A stretch of 35,632 nucleotides of DNA from Octopus bimaculoides (Eukaryota). The position numbers and the translations under genes were made by a program. The notes under the pieces were generated by a model. The model was not told the DNA's origin. It did not search any database and saw only the letters and a program-made list of their open reading frames with translations. The DNA lies in contig NC_068992.1 of assembly GCF_001194135.2 (NCBI RefSeq), forward strand, positions 59,029,536-59,065,167, written 5' to 3'. Below are positions 23,035 through 34,165 of the stretch, one piece after another (positions within the stretch are counted from its first letter, which is position 1; every line of letters starts with the position of its first letter).

Positions 23035-23250
23035 TGGCTTTAACTTTTGGCACACGGCCAGCAATTTTAGTAGGAGGGAATAGTCGCTTGCATTGACCCC
23101 AGTGCTTGACAGATATTTTATTTCATTAACCTCGAAAGGATGAAAGACAAAGTTAAACTCGGCGAGATTTTAACGCACAACATAAAAAGCCAATGGAAAA
23201 GCAGCTAAGCATTTTTTTCCGACGCGGTAACGATTTGGCTTGTTCGCCGA
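23035..23250 (-). mobile_element. SINE family B, near full length
   Basis: 'ttttggcacacggccagcaatttt...gaccccagtgcttgac...cgaaaggatgaaagacaaagttaaactcggcgagattt...gctaagcattt...ccgacgcggtaacgatt'. Confidence 0.82.
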
Positions 23251-23583
23251 CTTCATCTGTAATAGAAATAGCTGTTGTAATTTTATGGACCCACTTATGA
23301 GCTCATGGCTCTCACATAGGAATAGGCACAATTAACTCCTTCAACCCGAAAAGCTGATATATATCCGCTCAAAATTTTAATACTCTTAACTTACGAAGAG
23401 CGGTTTTAACTCCACGACTTTGAAAAGAAGTAAACTTCTCCTTATTCTGCGAGAAGCAACAACACCCTCAGTGGAACTTCTTACAAAACAACTTTTCAGA
23501 TTTCATAATTTTTTCACGTTTCATCAAATTCATCAAATGTCTCATTACAGAACAAGAATCAATTACTTTTAGTGGTAAATATG

Positions 23584-23964
23584 ATGTTGTTGTTGGCACT
23601 CCGTCGCTTACGACGTCGAGGGTTCCAGTTGATCCGATCAACGGAACAACCTGCTCGTGAAATTAACGTGCAAGTGGCTGAGCACTCCACAGACACGTAT
23701 ACTCTTAACGTAGTTCTCGGGGATATTCAGCGTGACACAGTGTGACAAGGCTGACCCTTTGAATTACAGGTACAACAGAAACAGAGTGAGAGAAAGTTGT
23801 GGTGGAAGAGTACAGCAGGTTTCGCCACCACCCCCTGCCGGAGCCTCGTGGAACTTTAGGTGTTTTCGCTCAATAAACACTCACAACACCCGGTCTGGGA
23901 ATCGAAACCGCGATTCTATGTTCGCGAGTCCGCTGTCCTAACCACTGGGCCATTGCGCGTCCAC
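23584..23964 (-). mobile_element. full-length tRNA-derived SINE (head type C plus 'Y' 3' module), (AAC)n tail
   Basis: Minus-strand head 'gcaatggcccagtggttagg...ggtttcgattccc'. Its 5' half aligns to 9181-9350 and its 3' half aligns to 15596-15770 and 25352-25532. Confidence 0.92.
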
Positions 23965-24591
23965 GGTAAATATGAAGACCGTACCTAAATAAATTACTGA
24001 ATAAAGTATTGCAATAACATAAAATATTTATTCTACTTTTTTTTGTACGGAAATAGCATCATTACTGGAATGACAACGGAATTTAAATACGTAACCAAAG
24101 GATTAACAACCGTTTAAACATTCAGCATTGTAGTTCCTCATATCCGTGCAACAATGACTAACTTTAATATTCTTTAATAAACCCAAATCATTAGCTTATT
24201 AATTTCTCACAATAGACCGACCAGCACTTTAACCCTTTGACTGTGAAATTAAATTTCATGTTCATTCCGGTAATTATGTCAATTATCCGCCAAATCATAG
24301 AACTGATATTTTCTGCTTTTCCAATACGGTTTACATATCCACCGCTAAAAGTATCTGATTCTTGTTCTGCGAAGAGATATTTGATGAAATATGTGAATAA
24401 TTAACAAAATCTGAAAAAGGGTCTTTTGTAAAAATTGTCACTGAAGATGTCTTCGCTTCTTGAAACATAAGGAAAGGTTTCTTTCAAAGATCTAGGGGAG
24501 AATCGCTTTCCGCAGTTAAAGGTGATAAAACCTTGAGGGGATTTATCCGTTTTCCCTTCGACTTTTGCAGAAAGTTTTCTTTTAATTTTTT

Positions 24592-25029
24592 TATTCTTTA
24601 CTTGTTTCAGTCATTGGACTGCGACCATGCTGGGCCCCCACCTTGAAGGGTTTAGTTACCAAATTACCCCCGATATTCATTTTTAAGTGTGGTACTTATT
24701 CGGTTTTTTTGTCACCGAACCTCTGAATTACGGGGACGTAATCAAACCAACACTGATTCTCAAAGGGTGGTGGGTAATAAACGCAAACACTAACATATAC
24801 ATGTATGTATATAGTATGCATATTTATACACGCACACACACGCACAAATGACGGGTTTCCACACAGTTTTCGCTTATCAAAATTTACACATAAGAAATTA
24901 GTCAGTCCAAGGCTACAGAAAACAATAAATTACACATGTGCCGCAGAGTAGGACTGAACCCGGAACGAGGTGCTGCTTACAAAGCGAGCTTTAAGCGAGC
25001 TTTTTAAGCACGGAGCCATGCCTGCGCCT
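24592..25029 (-). mobile_element. SINE family A, full length with internal microsatellite
   Basis: Minus strand: 'aggcgcaggcatggctccgtg...ccgggttcagtcctactctgcggc' head through to the 'ggtgggggcccagcatggtcgcagtccaatgactgaaacaagtaaag' tail. Confidence 0.88.
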
Positions 25030-25104
25030 CAGTTCAAGTGATCTTTGTTTTTCCAGCAAAGTACACACACACATACATACATAAATGTATGTATATGTGT
25101 ATGT

Positions 25105-25137
<33 letters not shown>

Positions 25138-25351
25138 NNNNNNNNNNNNNNNNNNNNNNNNNNNNNNNNNNNNNNNNNNNNNNNNNNNNNNNNNNNNNNN
25201 NNNNNNNNNNNNNNNNNNNNNNNNNNNNNNNNNNNNNNNNNNNNNNNNNNNNNNNNNNNNNNNNNNNNNNNNNNNNNNNNNNNNNNNNNNNNNNNNNNNN
25301 NNNNNNNNNNNNNNNNNNNNNNNNNNNNNNNNNNNNNNNNNNNNNNNNNNN

Positions 25352-25532
25352 AATTCAAAAGGTCAGCCTTGTCACCCTCTGTGTCACGCTGAATATCCCC
25401 GAGAACTACGTTAAGGGTACACGTGTCTGTGGAGTGCTCAGCCACTTGCACGTTAATTTCACGAGCAGGCTGTTCCGTTGACCGGATCAACTGGAACCCT
25501 CGACGTCGTAAGCGACGGAGTGCCAACAACAC
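25352..25532 (+). mobile_element. SINE 'Y' 3' module (5' part hidden in the gap)
   Basis: Near-identical to the reverse complement of 23584-23765. Confidence 0.9.
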
Positions 25533-25794
25533 ATTGCTCAGTAAAGATAGACATGGGCTACATAATAATACCTTTCAAATAATTCGTGATCGGTTTTAAT
25601 ATCAGATTCTTTTAGATGTCTTTTAATGATTTAGCGAGTTTATTTTTGATACAGTCTTTTAACAGAATATATTTTGATAGAATGGAACTGGATAGTCTTT
25701 ATTCTTACCCAAACATATTGATTTGAAGCATGGGTATAAGTCCACAGATTTGGAAAATGGATATAGTATACTTGATAAAATCAGTGTCATTAAC

Positions 25795-25880
25795 CGTCTA
25801 GGAATTATTTTATTCACCCAAGAAAAATGAAAGGCAAATTCGACTTTGACTGGATTTAATCCCAAAAACTTAAGTGATGT
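25795..25880 (-). mobile_element. SINE family B core fragment
   Basis: 'atgaaaggcaaattcgactttgactggattt'. Confidence 0.45.
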
Positions 25881-26753
25881 AACCGTCTGCAACACCAATG
25901 ATTATACTAATTCGCAAAAGAAATGACGTCTTCTCATAAGACTCGAACCAAGCACATGTCGGGCTGACAACGTTACTGACAAAGTCACACATGAATCAGA
26001 GACTGCGTTCAGACTTCGATATGAAGCATAAAGTATCACTACTATCAGTAAAATTGCCCTCGACTAAAAAAATCTGGCTTCAGAATTATGTTACTCTTAC
26101 TAAACAGTCATTTTTATTGCAATTGATTTATTCATGCTGGAAAGCACGACCACAATGGCGCAGTATATAAAGACGAGATACTACGTTTTCAGCAATAAAT
26201 CGATGTTTAATGGATTGCTTGTGCATTTATAAATATTCAGAAGCTAATAGGTAATTTCTTTATCTCCTAACTACAAATCCTAAGCCTTTAACCTTTATCA
26301 TGCATTCTTCTACATATTTCTTACTTATTTCTCTCTCCGACTTTGCCTAAGTCTTATTTGACTCAGGCAACTATTTCTTTCGGGATTAGCGTCTAAGCAC
26401 TATAAGAGTGTATCGTGTGTCTATACACACATAACTATATACACATGCAAATATATATACATATATGTATATATATNNNNNNNNNNNNNNNNNNNNNNNN
26501 NNNNNNNNNNNNNNNNNNNNNNNNNNNNNNNNNNNNNNNNNNNNNNNNNNNNNNNNNNNNNNNNNNNNNNNNNNNNNNNNNNNNNNNNNNNNNNNNNNNN
26601 NNNNNNNNNNNNNNNNNNNNNNNNNNNNNNNNNNNNNNNNNNNNNNNNNNNNNNNNNNNNNNNNNNNNNNNNNNNNNNNNNNNNNNNNNNNNNNNNNNNN
26701 NNNNNNNNNNNNNNNNNNNNNNNNNNACATATATTCAAATATATATATATATA

Positions 26754-26791
<38 letters not shown>

Positions 26792-27169
26792 AACACGGGG
26801 CACACACACGCAAACATGCCCAGTGCTTCAATATTAGGCTATCATAAAGAAGATAATTTCCAGCCTCATTACTCTTCTTGTGATTTAAATCTTCTAAAAC
26901 TTCATTATTTGTTATGATAACCACATATTCGTCATTTCTAACATGTCTACCTCTACACATGTACGTATCTGTCTGTACACTCTTGCAATTCACAGGACGC
27001 GCGCGTGCTCGCACTACATGTGCCGCCCCCCCCCNNNNNNNNNNNNNNNNNNNNNNNNNNNNNNNNNNNNNNNNNNNNNNNNNNNNNNNNNNNNNNNNNN
27101 NNNNNNNNNNNNNNNNNNNNNNNNNNCACACACACATATATATTCGCCATGATAGATCACTGACCACTA

Positions 27170-27296
27170 CGCATCTTTTTCTCTCCTTGTTTCTTTCTGT
27201 GTTCCTTTCTGTGGAAGAGCGTAGGCTCGAAACGTTAAAGACTTTCTCAATTCTTGAGCGTTATACTAATACATCTATTTGTTTTCTATACCACCT
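27170..27296 (+). mobile_element. PLE-type terminal repeat remnant with a hammerhead-like motif (27205-27240)
   Basis: Pyrimidine-rich leader, then CUUU-CUGUGGA-A-GAGC(GUAG)GCUC-GAAA-C-GUU^AAAG. Confidence 0.55.
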
Positions 27297-28065
27297 GAAT
27301 CAAAATTAGTGCGTGACCTAGGCCTCGACATGAGTAACGATACATCTTTGCAGGAGTACATTACTAATCGATTAAATGCAGACGTCTGGTCGGGTGGATC
27401 CTTTGAACTTTCAACGCAAAAGAAAAGAAATCCATGATGGTTCTCTGGAGGACTTTCGTTCTCAGCCGTCTAGATTACTGCTCCCGACTGTGGTCATCAA
27501 ACAGTGGGAAATTGATGACGGAACTCGAGGTAATCTAGCGAAGCTACACAGAGATCGATACAATGAGACATATCAGTTACTGGGAGAGACTGAAAGAGTC
27601 AAGACTCTACTCCTTGGAACGAAGGCGGGTAAGGTATCCAATAATATACATCTAGAAAATCCTAGTAAAACTTGTTCCAAACTTTGGCCTTGTCACTTAC
27701 ACAAACAGCTGGACGGGGCGCTACTACATGGTACCAATGGTTCCAAACTTGCCATCCGGAAACAGGACCAGATACTGCAACGGTTTGGGTTTCAAAGGCC
27801 CACAGCTCTTCAATATCTTCCTATAAAGCCTGAGAGAGTTGAATGGTATGGATGTATGCTTTTTCAAACAGAAAACTAGATCTCCTTCTATCAAGTGTTC
27901 CGGATAAGCCTACCTTAAGTCAAGGAACACAGATGAAGGCAGCAATAATTTCAAACTCCCTCATCCATCAAATGTCACATATCAGAGGAGGAGGTTTAGT
28001 GAAAGTGTAGCAAAGCAAATAGTGGTGCCCCAGCATGGCCACAATCTTTGGACTGAAACTTATCA
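27297..28065 (+). mobile_element. 5'-truncated non-LTR retrotransposon (CR1/L2-group LINE): RT C-terminus plus 3' tail
   Basis: Across frameshifts: VRDLGLDMSND / CRRLVGWIL*TF...MMVLWRTFVLSRLDYCSRLWS...LEVI*RSYT...SYWERLKESRLYSLERRR...KILVKLVPN...FKGPQLFN / KLDLLLSSVPDKP...NSL. Tail 'gtggtgccccagcatggccacaatctttggactgaaac'. The listed ORF 27376-27879 is the wrong frame. Confidence 0.92.
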
Positions 28066-28479
28066 TACATATACGTACGTACACACACACACAGACACAC
28101 ACACAGACACACAGACACACACACGCACACACACACACACACACACACNNNNNNNNNNATTTCATGTGCTTACTCCGGTATATATATATATATACGTACT
28201 TGTTCCGAGAGTTTCTGAGTCAACGCATTTCTGAATTTCTGATAAACGAACCCAGCAAAAAAGGTCACGTTTTTACAGGAATCACTTGATTCCAACAACG
28301 CGTTGCACAAATTTTAATAATCTGGAAGAGAATGATACACCGCCCACGCACAGCAGGAAGTAGAAGCCAGCATTTTCTTTCCCCAAAACACTTTAAAAAG
28401 GTAGAAACACTTTGCGTATACACCTACGGTAGTCAGACGACTGACGTCTGCTCAAAATTACTGTAGGTGTCATACACCC

Positions 28480-28578
28480 ACACGCACATACACACAAGCA
28501 TACATACATACAAACATACATACATACATATATACACATACGTATATCTATCTATCTATCTGTCTATCTATCTATCTA

Positions 28579-28635
<57 letters not shown>

Positions 28636-28780
28636 GCACACATACATATAAGTATGCATGTATATATGTATGTATGTATGTATGTATGTAAGTATGTATG
28701 TATGTATATATGTGTGTGTGTATATGTAAATATGTTTATGTATACGTATACATACACGCACACATATGTATGTATATATT

Positions 28781-28842
<62 letters not shown>

Positions 28843-28992
28843 ATGCATCCATATTCACAAATATGTACGAACACGCACGCATATATACACATATATATAC
28901 CCAAACATACACAATACATACACATATATGTACACACATATATACATATATATATAAGTATGTAAATTAATGAGTGTATGTGTGTGTGTGTG
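28480..28992. repeat. long compound (TATC)n/(TA)n/(GTAT)n/(CA)n array
   Basis: direct reading. Confidence 0.95.
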
Positions 28993-29660
28993 TGGGTTTT
29001 TTTTCTTTCTTTCTTAATACCATTAATTAACTGCGGTACATGTTTAAGCGTGAATTGTCAAATCTCACTATTTAATTGCTAAACAAACATCGTTTAGAAT
29101 AAGAACGTTTTCATTGATATCAGGACAACACCTGTTGATACAACGCTGTGCGTAATCTACACATAAATAATTATTTTATAATTCGCCATCGCTTTATCTA
29201 TTTACATTAGGTGGTTTATGCAAATATTATTTATACATCAATAATTGATTCATAATACAATCTATTGTTTTATGCTTATTATTTGTTTATTTAGTGTTGT
29301 CGTTATTTTCTTTGTAAGAGATAATAAATAACTTAGCAGAGAGTGTGGTGGACGCGCGACAGAATCTTTTTTTTTTTTTTGGTATTTTATTATTAGGATT
29401 TCAAGTTCAAATCTTGTGATGGTTTATGAGTGGTTTTAGTCTATTAAGTGTGGTGTGATTGAAATAAGTGTCAGTTACGATTTGGTATCAATATAATCGA
29501 TTTTACTATGTCTGTCGACAATGTTCGACCTTATGTGTGTGCTTGTATTTGTGTGTATGTACGTATGTTTATACATATGTGTATGTCTGTATGTGTAAAA
29601 AAAATTAACAGTATATTTTACACTCATACATATACACACGTATAAATGTATGTATACAGA

Positions 29661-29700
<40 letters not shown>

Positions 29701-29972
29701 NNNNNNNNNNNNNNNNNNNNNNNNNNNNNNNNNNNNNNNNNNNNNNNNNNNNNNNNNNNNNNNNNNNNNNNNNNNNNNNNNNNNNNNNNNNNNNNNNNNN
29801 NNNNNNNNNNNNNNNNNNNNNNNNNNNNNNNNNNNNNNNNNNNNNNNNNNNNNNNNNNNNNNNNNNNNNNNNNNNNNNNNNNNNNNNNNNNNNNNNNNNN
29901 NNNNNNNNNNNNNNNNNNNNNNNNNNNNNNNNNNNNNNNNNNNNNNNNNNNNNNNNNNNNNNNNNTATATAA

Positions 29973-30306
29973 AGACCACAACACATAAATACACTGCAAC
30001 ACAATTTCTTTTCCTCAACAGGCCCTGCCCTATTTTACATTGTCCCGAAACAGATCAAAGATAAAAAGGGTCCCATCACCCCCATCACCCCCATCACCTT
30101 TAAACGAAATCTGGACAGAATTCTTCCAGGAATACCAGATAAGCCACCTATTCCTGCATACAACTCACTCAACAAGAACTCCCAACTAAAATGTACCATG
30201 ATACCGCAACATTTGAGTTAAAAAGGATTTAGCTATTTAATGCTATCAGGTGGTGCTATTAATTTAGACATGATCTTGACCAATCTTTGGTCGAAACGTA
30301 TCTAAA
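29973..30306 (+). mobile_element. 3' end of a second CR1/L2-group LINE
   Basis: Open frame RPQHINTLQHNFFSSTGPALFYIVPKQIK...PITFKRNLDRILPGIPDKPPIPAYNSLNKNSQL, homologous to the GPQLFN...FK..LD..L..VPDKP...NSL end of the 27297 LINE. Tail 'ggtggtgc...catg...aatctttggtcgaaac'. Confidence 0.85.
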
Positions 30307-31572
30307 TTATATAAGTTATGTATATATAAATGTAAGATTCGGGGACCGAGCAATCCGTAGTAAATATAAGAAGTATCTCCTTGTGGCAATGTAAACTTTC
30401 AATTTCATCAAGATATCCTCGGCCTGAAGAGTAGCCGGCGGCATTACACCTTGCCTGGATATTTACCACTTCTGAGGTTCCACTCACTATGAAACATATG
30501 TAGCCCGTATCTTATCTACTCCATTCCGTAACTCTTGCATACATATTATATATATATATATATATNNNNNNNNNNNNNNNNNNNNNNNNNNNNNNNNNNN
30601 NNNNNNNNNNNNNNNNNNNNNNNNNNNNNNNNNNNNNNNNNNNNNNNNNNNNNNNNNNNNNNNNNNNNNNNNNNNNNNNNNNNNNNNNNNNNNNNNNNNN
30701 NNNNNNNNNNNNNNNNNNNNNNNNNNNNNNNNNNNNNNNNNNNNNNNNNNNNNNNNNNNNNNNNNNNNNNNNNNNNNNNNNNNNNNNNNNNNNNNNNNNN
30801 NNNNNNNNNNNNNNNNNNNNNNNNNNNNNNNNNNNNNNNNNNNNNNNNNNNNNNNNNNNNNNNNNNNNNNNNNNNNNNNNNNNNNNNNNNNNNNNNNNNN
30901 NNNNNNNNNNNNNNNNNNNNNNNNNNNNNNNNNNNNNNNNNNNNNNNNNNNNNNNNNNNNNNNNNNNNNNNNNNNNNNNNNNNNNNNNNNNNNNNNNNNN
31001 NNNNNNNNNNNNNNNNNNNNNNNNNNNNNNNNNNNNNNNNNNNNNNNNNNNNNNNNNNNNNNNNNNNNNNNNNNNNNNNNNNNNNNNNNNNNNNNNNNNN
31101 NNNNNNNNNNNNNNNNNNNNNNNNNNNNNNNNNNNNNNNNNNNNNNNNNNNNNNNNNNNNNNNNNNNNNNNNNNNNNNNNNNNNNNNNNNNNNNNNNNNN
31201 NNNNNNNNNNNNNNNNNNNNNNNNNNNNNNNNNNNNNNNNNNNNNNNNNNNNNNNNNNNNNNNNNNNNNNNNNNNNNNNTATATATATGTATACAGGCGG
31301 TAAAGTAAGGAATCTTAAATTGATTTTGGAAAATATATGTAAAATAAAAAGCCATTATATAACAAGTAGAGAGAAATCATTTCATGGCACCTCCATACGT
31401 AAAAAAAAAATAAATAAAACATACCTGAAATAGAATTTATAATTGCCCATTAGATACATTTTGGATAGCAGAGAAATATTTAGAGATATGATACCGAACA
31501 TACTAGCTTTCATATATGCATGTATGTATGAACAAATGTATGTGTGTATGTATGTATGTATGTATGTATGTA

Positions 31573-31718
31573 CAGGCAGAAGCATGGTTGTGCTGTTAAG
31601 AAGCTCTCTCTGTAATCAAGAGACTTCGGGCTTGAGGTGTTTTCTGCTAACCAATTCCTAGTGTTTTCAAAGTATTCAGAGTGAATTTGGTAGACGGAAA
31701 CTGTACAGAAGCCCGTCA
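31573..31718 (+). mobile_element. SINE family A, diverged 5' half
   Basis: 'gagtgaatttggtagacggaaactgtacagaagcccgtc'. Confidence 0.7.
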
Positions 31719-31739
31719 TATCATATATGCTCCTTTATC

Positions 31740-31920
31740 TTATTTTTATTCTTTTCTTTATTCTTTTTCTCTATCTCATCGTGTCCTATACCCTTCACAT
31801 TTTCCGTATTTGTCTCTGATCCCAGAAACAGCTGTAAGACTAATATTTATCCAATAATAATAATGTATATGACTTGAGATGTTTGTCTTGCCTTAGCGTT
31901 TGTTGTCTCTTTAACAATAA
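31740..31920 (+). mobile_element. third copy of the 2803/3228 HHR-bearing repeat, stem II deleted
   Basis: 'GTCT-CTGAT-ccca-GAAACAGCTGTAAGAC' (31812-31840) with a pyrimidine-rich leader and downstream 'ttgtctcttta'. Confidence 0.65.
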
Positions 31921-31949
31921 CATACATATATATATGTCTGTGTGCGTGT

Positions 31950-32025
<76 letters not shown>

Positions 32026-32209
32026 TTGTATATGTATATATATGTGTATATATATATGCATTTATATATATGTATATATATGTGTGTGTGTATGTGCGTG
32101 TGTGTGTATGTATNNNNNNNNNNNNNNNNNNNNNNNNNNNNNNNNNNNNNNNNNNNNNNNNNNNNNNNNNNNNNNNNNNNNNNNNNNNNNNNNNNNNNNN
32201 NNNNNNNNN

Positions 32210-32288
<79 letters not shown>

Positions 32289-33774
32289 TTGTATATGTAT
32301 ATATATGTGTATATATATATGCATTTATATATATGTATATATATGTGTGTGTGTATGTGCGTGTGTGTGTATGTATAGGTATGACTGTGTTTATGTAATT
32401 GCATATGCGTATGTGTGAGAGTGTTTTCTCTGTGTGCATGTGTGCGTGTGTTTGTGTGTGTTTTCTTTCCTCGCCGGGGCTGTCTGTTCCTGCTCCTGAT
32501 TACTATCTAAATAAAAACACTTCATCCAAATGTAAAGTGAAATTTGTACTATTTAATATCTCTCTCTGTCTCTAAAGAATTTTTAATCAAAATTCCCTTA
32601 TTTTTCTATCTAAGATGTAAAACTTTATTTACAAATTTGTGACCTTTTTCCTTTCTTCCTTTATTTTTTCTTTTTCTTCTTCTTTTCTCTTTTTGTTTTC
32701 AAAATTATCGATTCTATGTTTCCACAGATTATTTATATATTCCTAAAGGAGCCAGTTCTCCAGCAGATGAATGTTTAAAAACAGTCCTTATTTGGAATGC
32801 GATGCTGCTTGTTATCTATTTAAAATCTCTAAAAACAGTTCTGTTAATTTTAACAAAATATCTTAGAAATGTGTGACAATTTTCAAAGACAATATCTGTT
32901 TCATGTAATTATTTAAAACAAAATCATGTGAAATTAATTTTGTCTGGCCTTACTTCATAACACCTGACGACAGTTTTTAAAAAAATGGAACGAATTATCT
33001 CGTTTGAATTTTATTTATTTAATTCATGTTATAATAATTCCAATATACTTTTATACACGTACAGAAAATTTTGGTTCTTAAACACCACTTTTTCGGTCAA
33101 GTCAATTTCCTTAACCTTTTCATTAAAAACAGACGCTAAAAATAAAGCTGTAACAAATACACATTAGTATTTTTCGAACATAGAGTGAGATCCAATTCTA
33201 ATTTGATTATCTCAAATGGTGTATTTGTGCCGTTTCTATGGCAAACATACAAGATCTGATTAAAGAGTATTGGGACTGTTGCTATGGTAATGGACCTAAA
33301 GCTTGCAGAGTGAAGCAGCTTGGCACAGATAGACCTTGGACTTTGTCGTGCATGCGCGCTAAGATATAATAATGTCGCTCACTTCCGTTGTTTATAGAAG
33401 TGCTTGGCAGTAAAGTATGTACTGTGTTATCGTGTCTTATCATACCAACCAAAGAGGAGGATCTGTCAGTGATCATGGCAGAGAATGTCTGAATGTATGT
33501 GTGTGTATGTGTGTGTTTGTGTGTGTGTATGTGTGTGAATGAGTGTGTGTCGCACGCACAAGTGTGTGCGAGGAAAGAGGCACGGCTTGAAAGTTATTAC
33601 GGCCAAGAATCTTACCAAAAATCAAATCCCACTTGAAAGAAACAAGATTTCAAGATGTCGAGGATATCCAAAAGAATACGACGCGGTAGCTGCTCGCTCT
33701 CCCCCAAAACGGTGTTCCCTGAAAATCATGGGTCTTGCACCTTAATCAGAAATCATTATTTAGTTCTATTTGAA

Positions 33775-33935
33775 GGTGGTAGATTGGGAGAACCGTTAGA
33801 ACGTCGGACAAAATGTCTAGTCGTACATAGTTCAAATCCTCTTAAGGTCAACTTTCATCCATTGAAACTAGATAAAATACAGAGGCAGTCCTGTATTGAA
33901 TTCCCCTCAAAATTGTAAGCCTCGTGCTAAAATTG
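33775..33935 (+). mobile_element. SINE family B, diverged
   Basis: 'agaaccgttagaacgtcggacaaaatg...gttcaaatcc...tttcatcc...aaaattgtaagcctcgtgctaaaattgga'. Confidence 0.7.
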
Positions 33936-33957
33936 GATAACCATATTTAGTTCTACG

Positions 33958-34165
33958 TGAAGCTGGAGGAATGGCTGTATAGTTGGAACGTCAGACAAAA
34001 TGTCTAGTTGCGTTTAGTCACAGTTTTTTTATGTTTCGAGTTCAAATCCCTAGAGATCAGCTTTGCCTTTCATCCCTCCAGGGTCGATAAAAATAAGATG
34101 CCAGTCAAACTTTGGAGTCGGTCGTATCAACGAAATCCCGCCCTTCAAATTGCAAACAGTGACAA
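33958..34165 (+). mobile_element. SINE family B, diverged
   Basis: 'cagacaaaatg...gagttcaaatcc...tttgcctttcatccctccagggtcgataaaaataag'. Confidence 0.75.

Noticed and set aside
26155-26180. TATA-like 'gcgcagtatataaagacg' promoter
   Set aside because: No downstream exon or other supporting element is identifiable.
27376-27879. 167-aa ORF as a novel protein
   Set aside because: It is an off-frame reading of the LINE RT C-terminus; the neighbouring frame carries the recognisable motifs.
30341-30360. 14-nt match 'cgagcaatccgtag' shared with about 35361-35374
   Set aside because: The flanks do not extend the alignment; too short to call a repeat.
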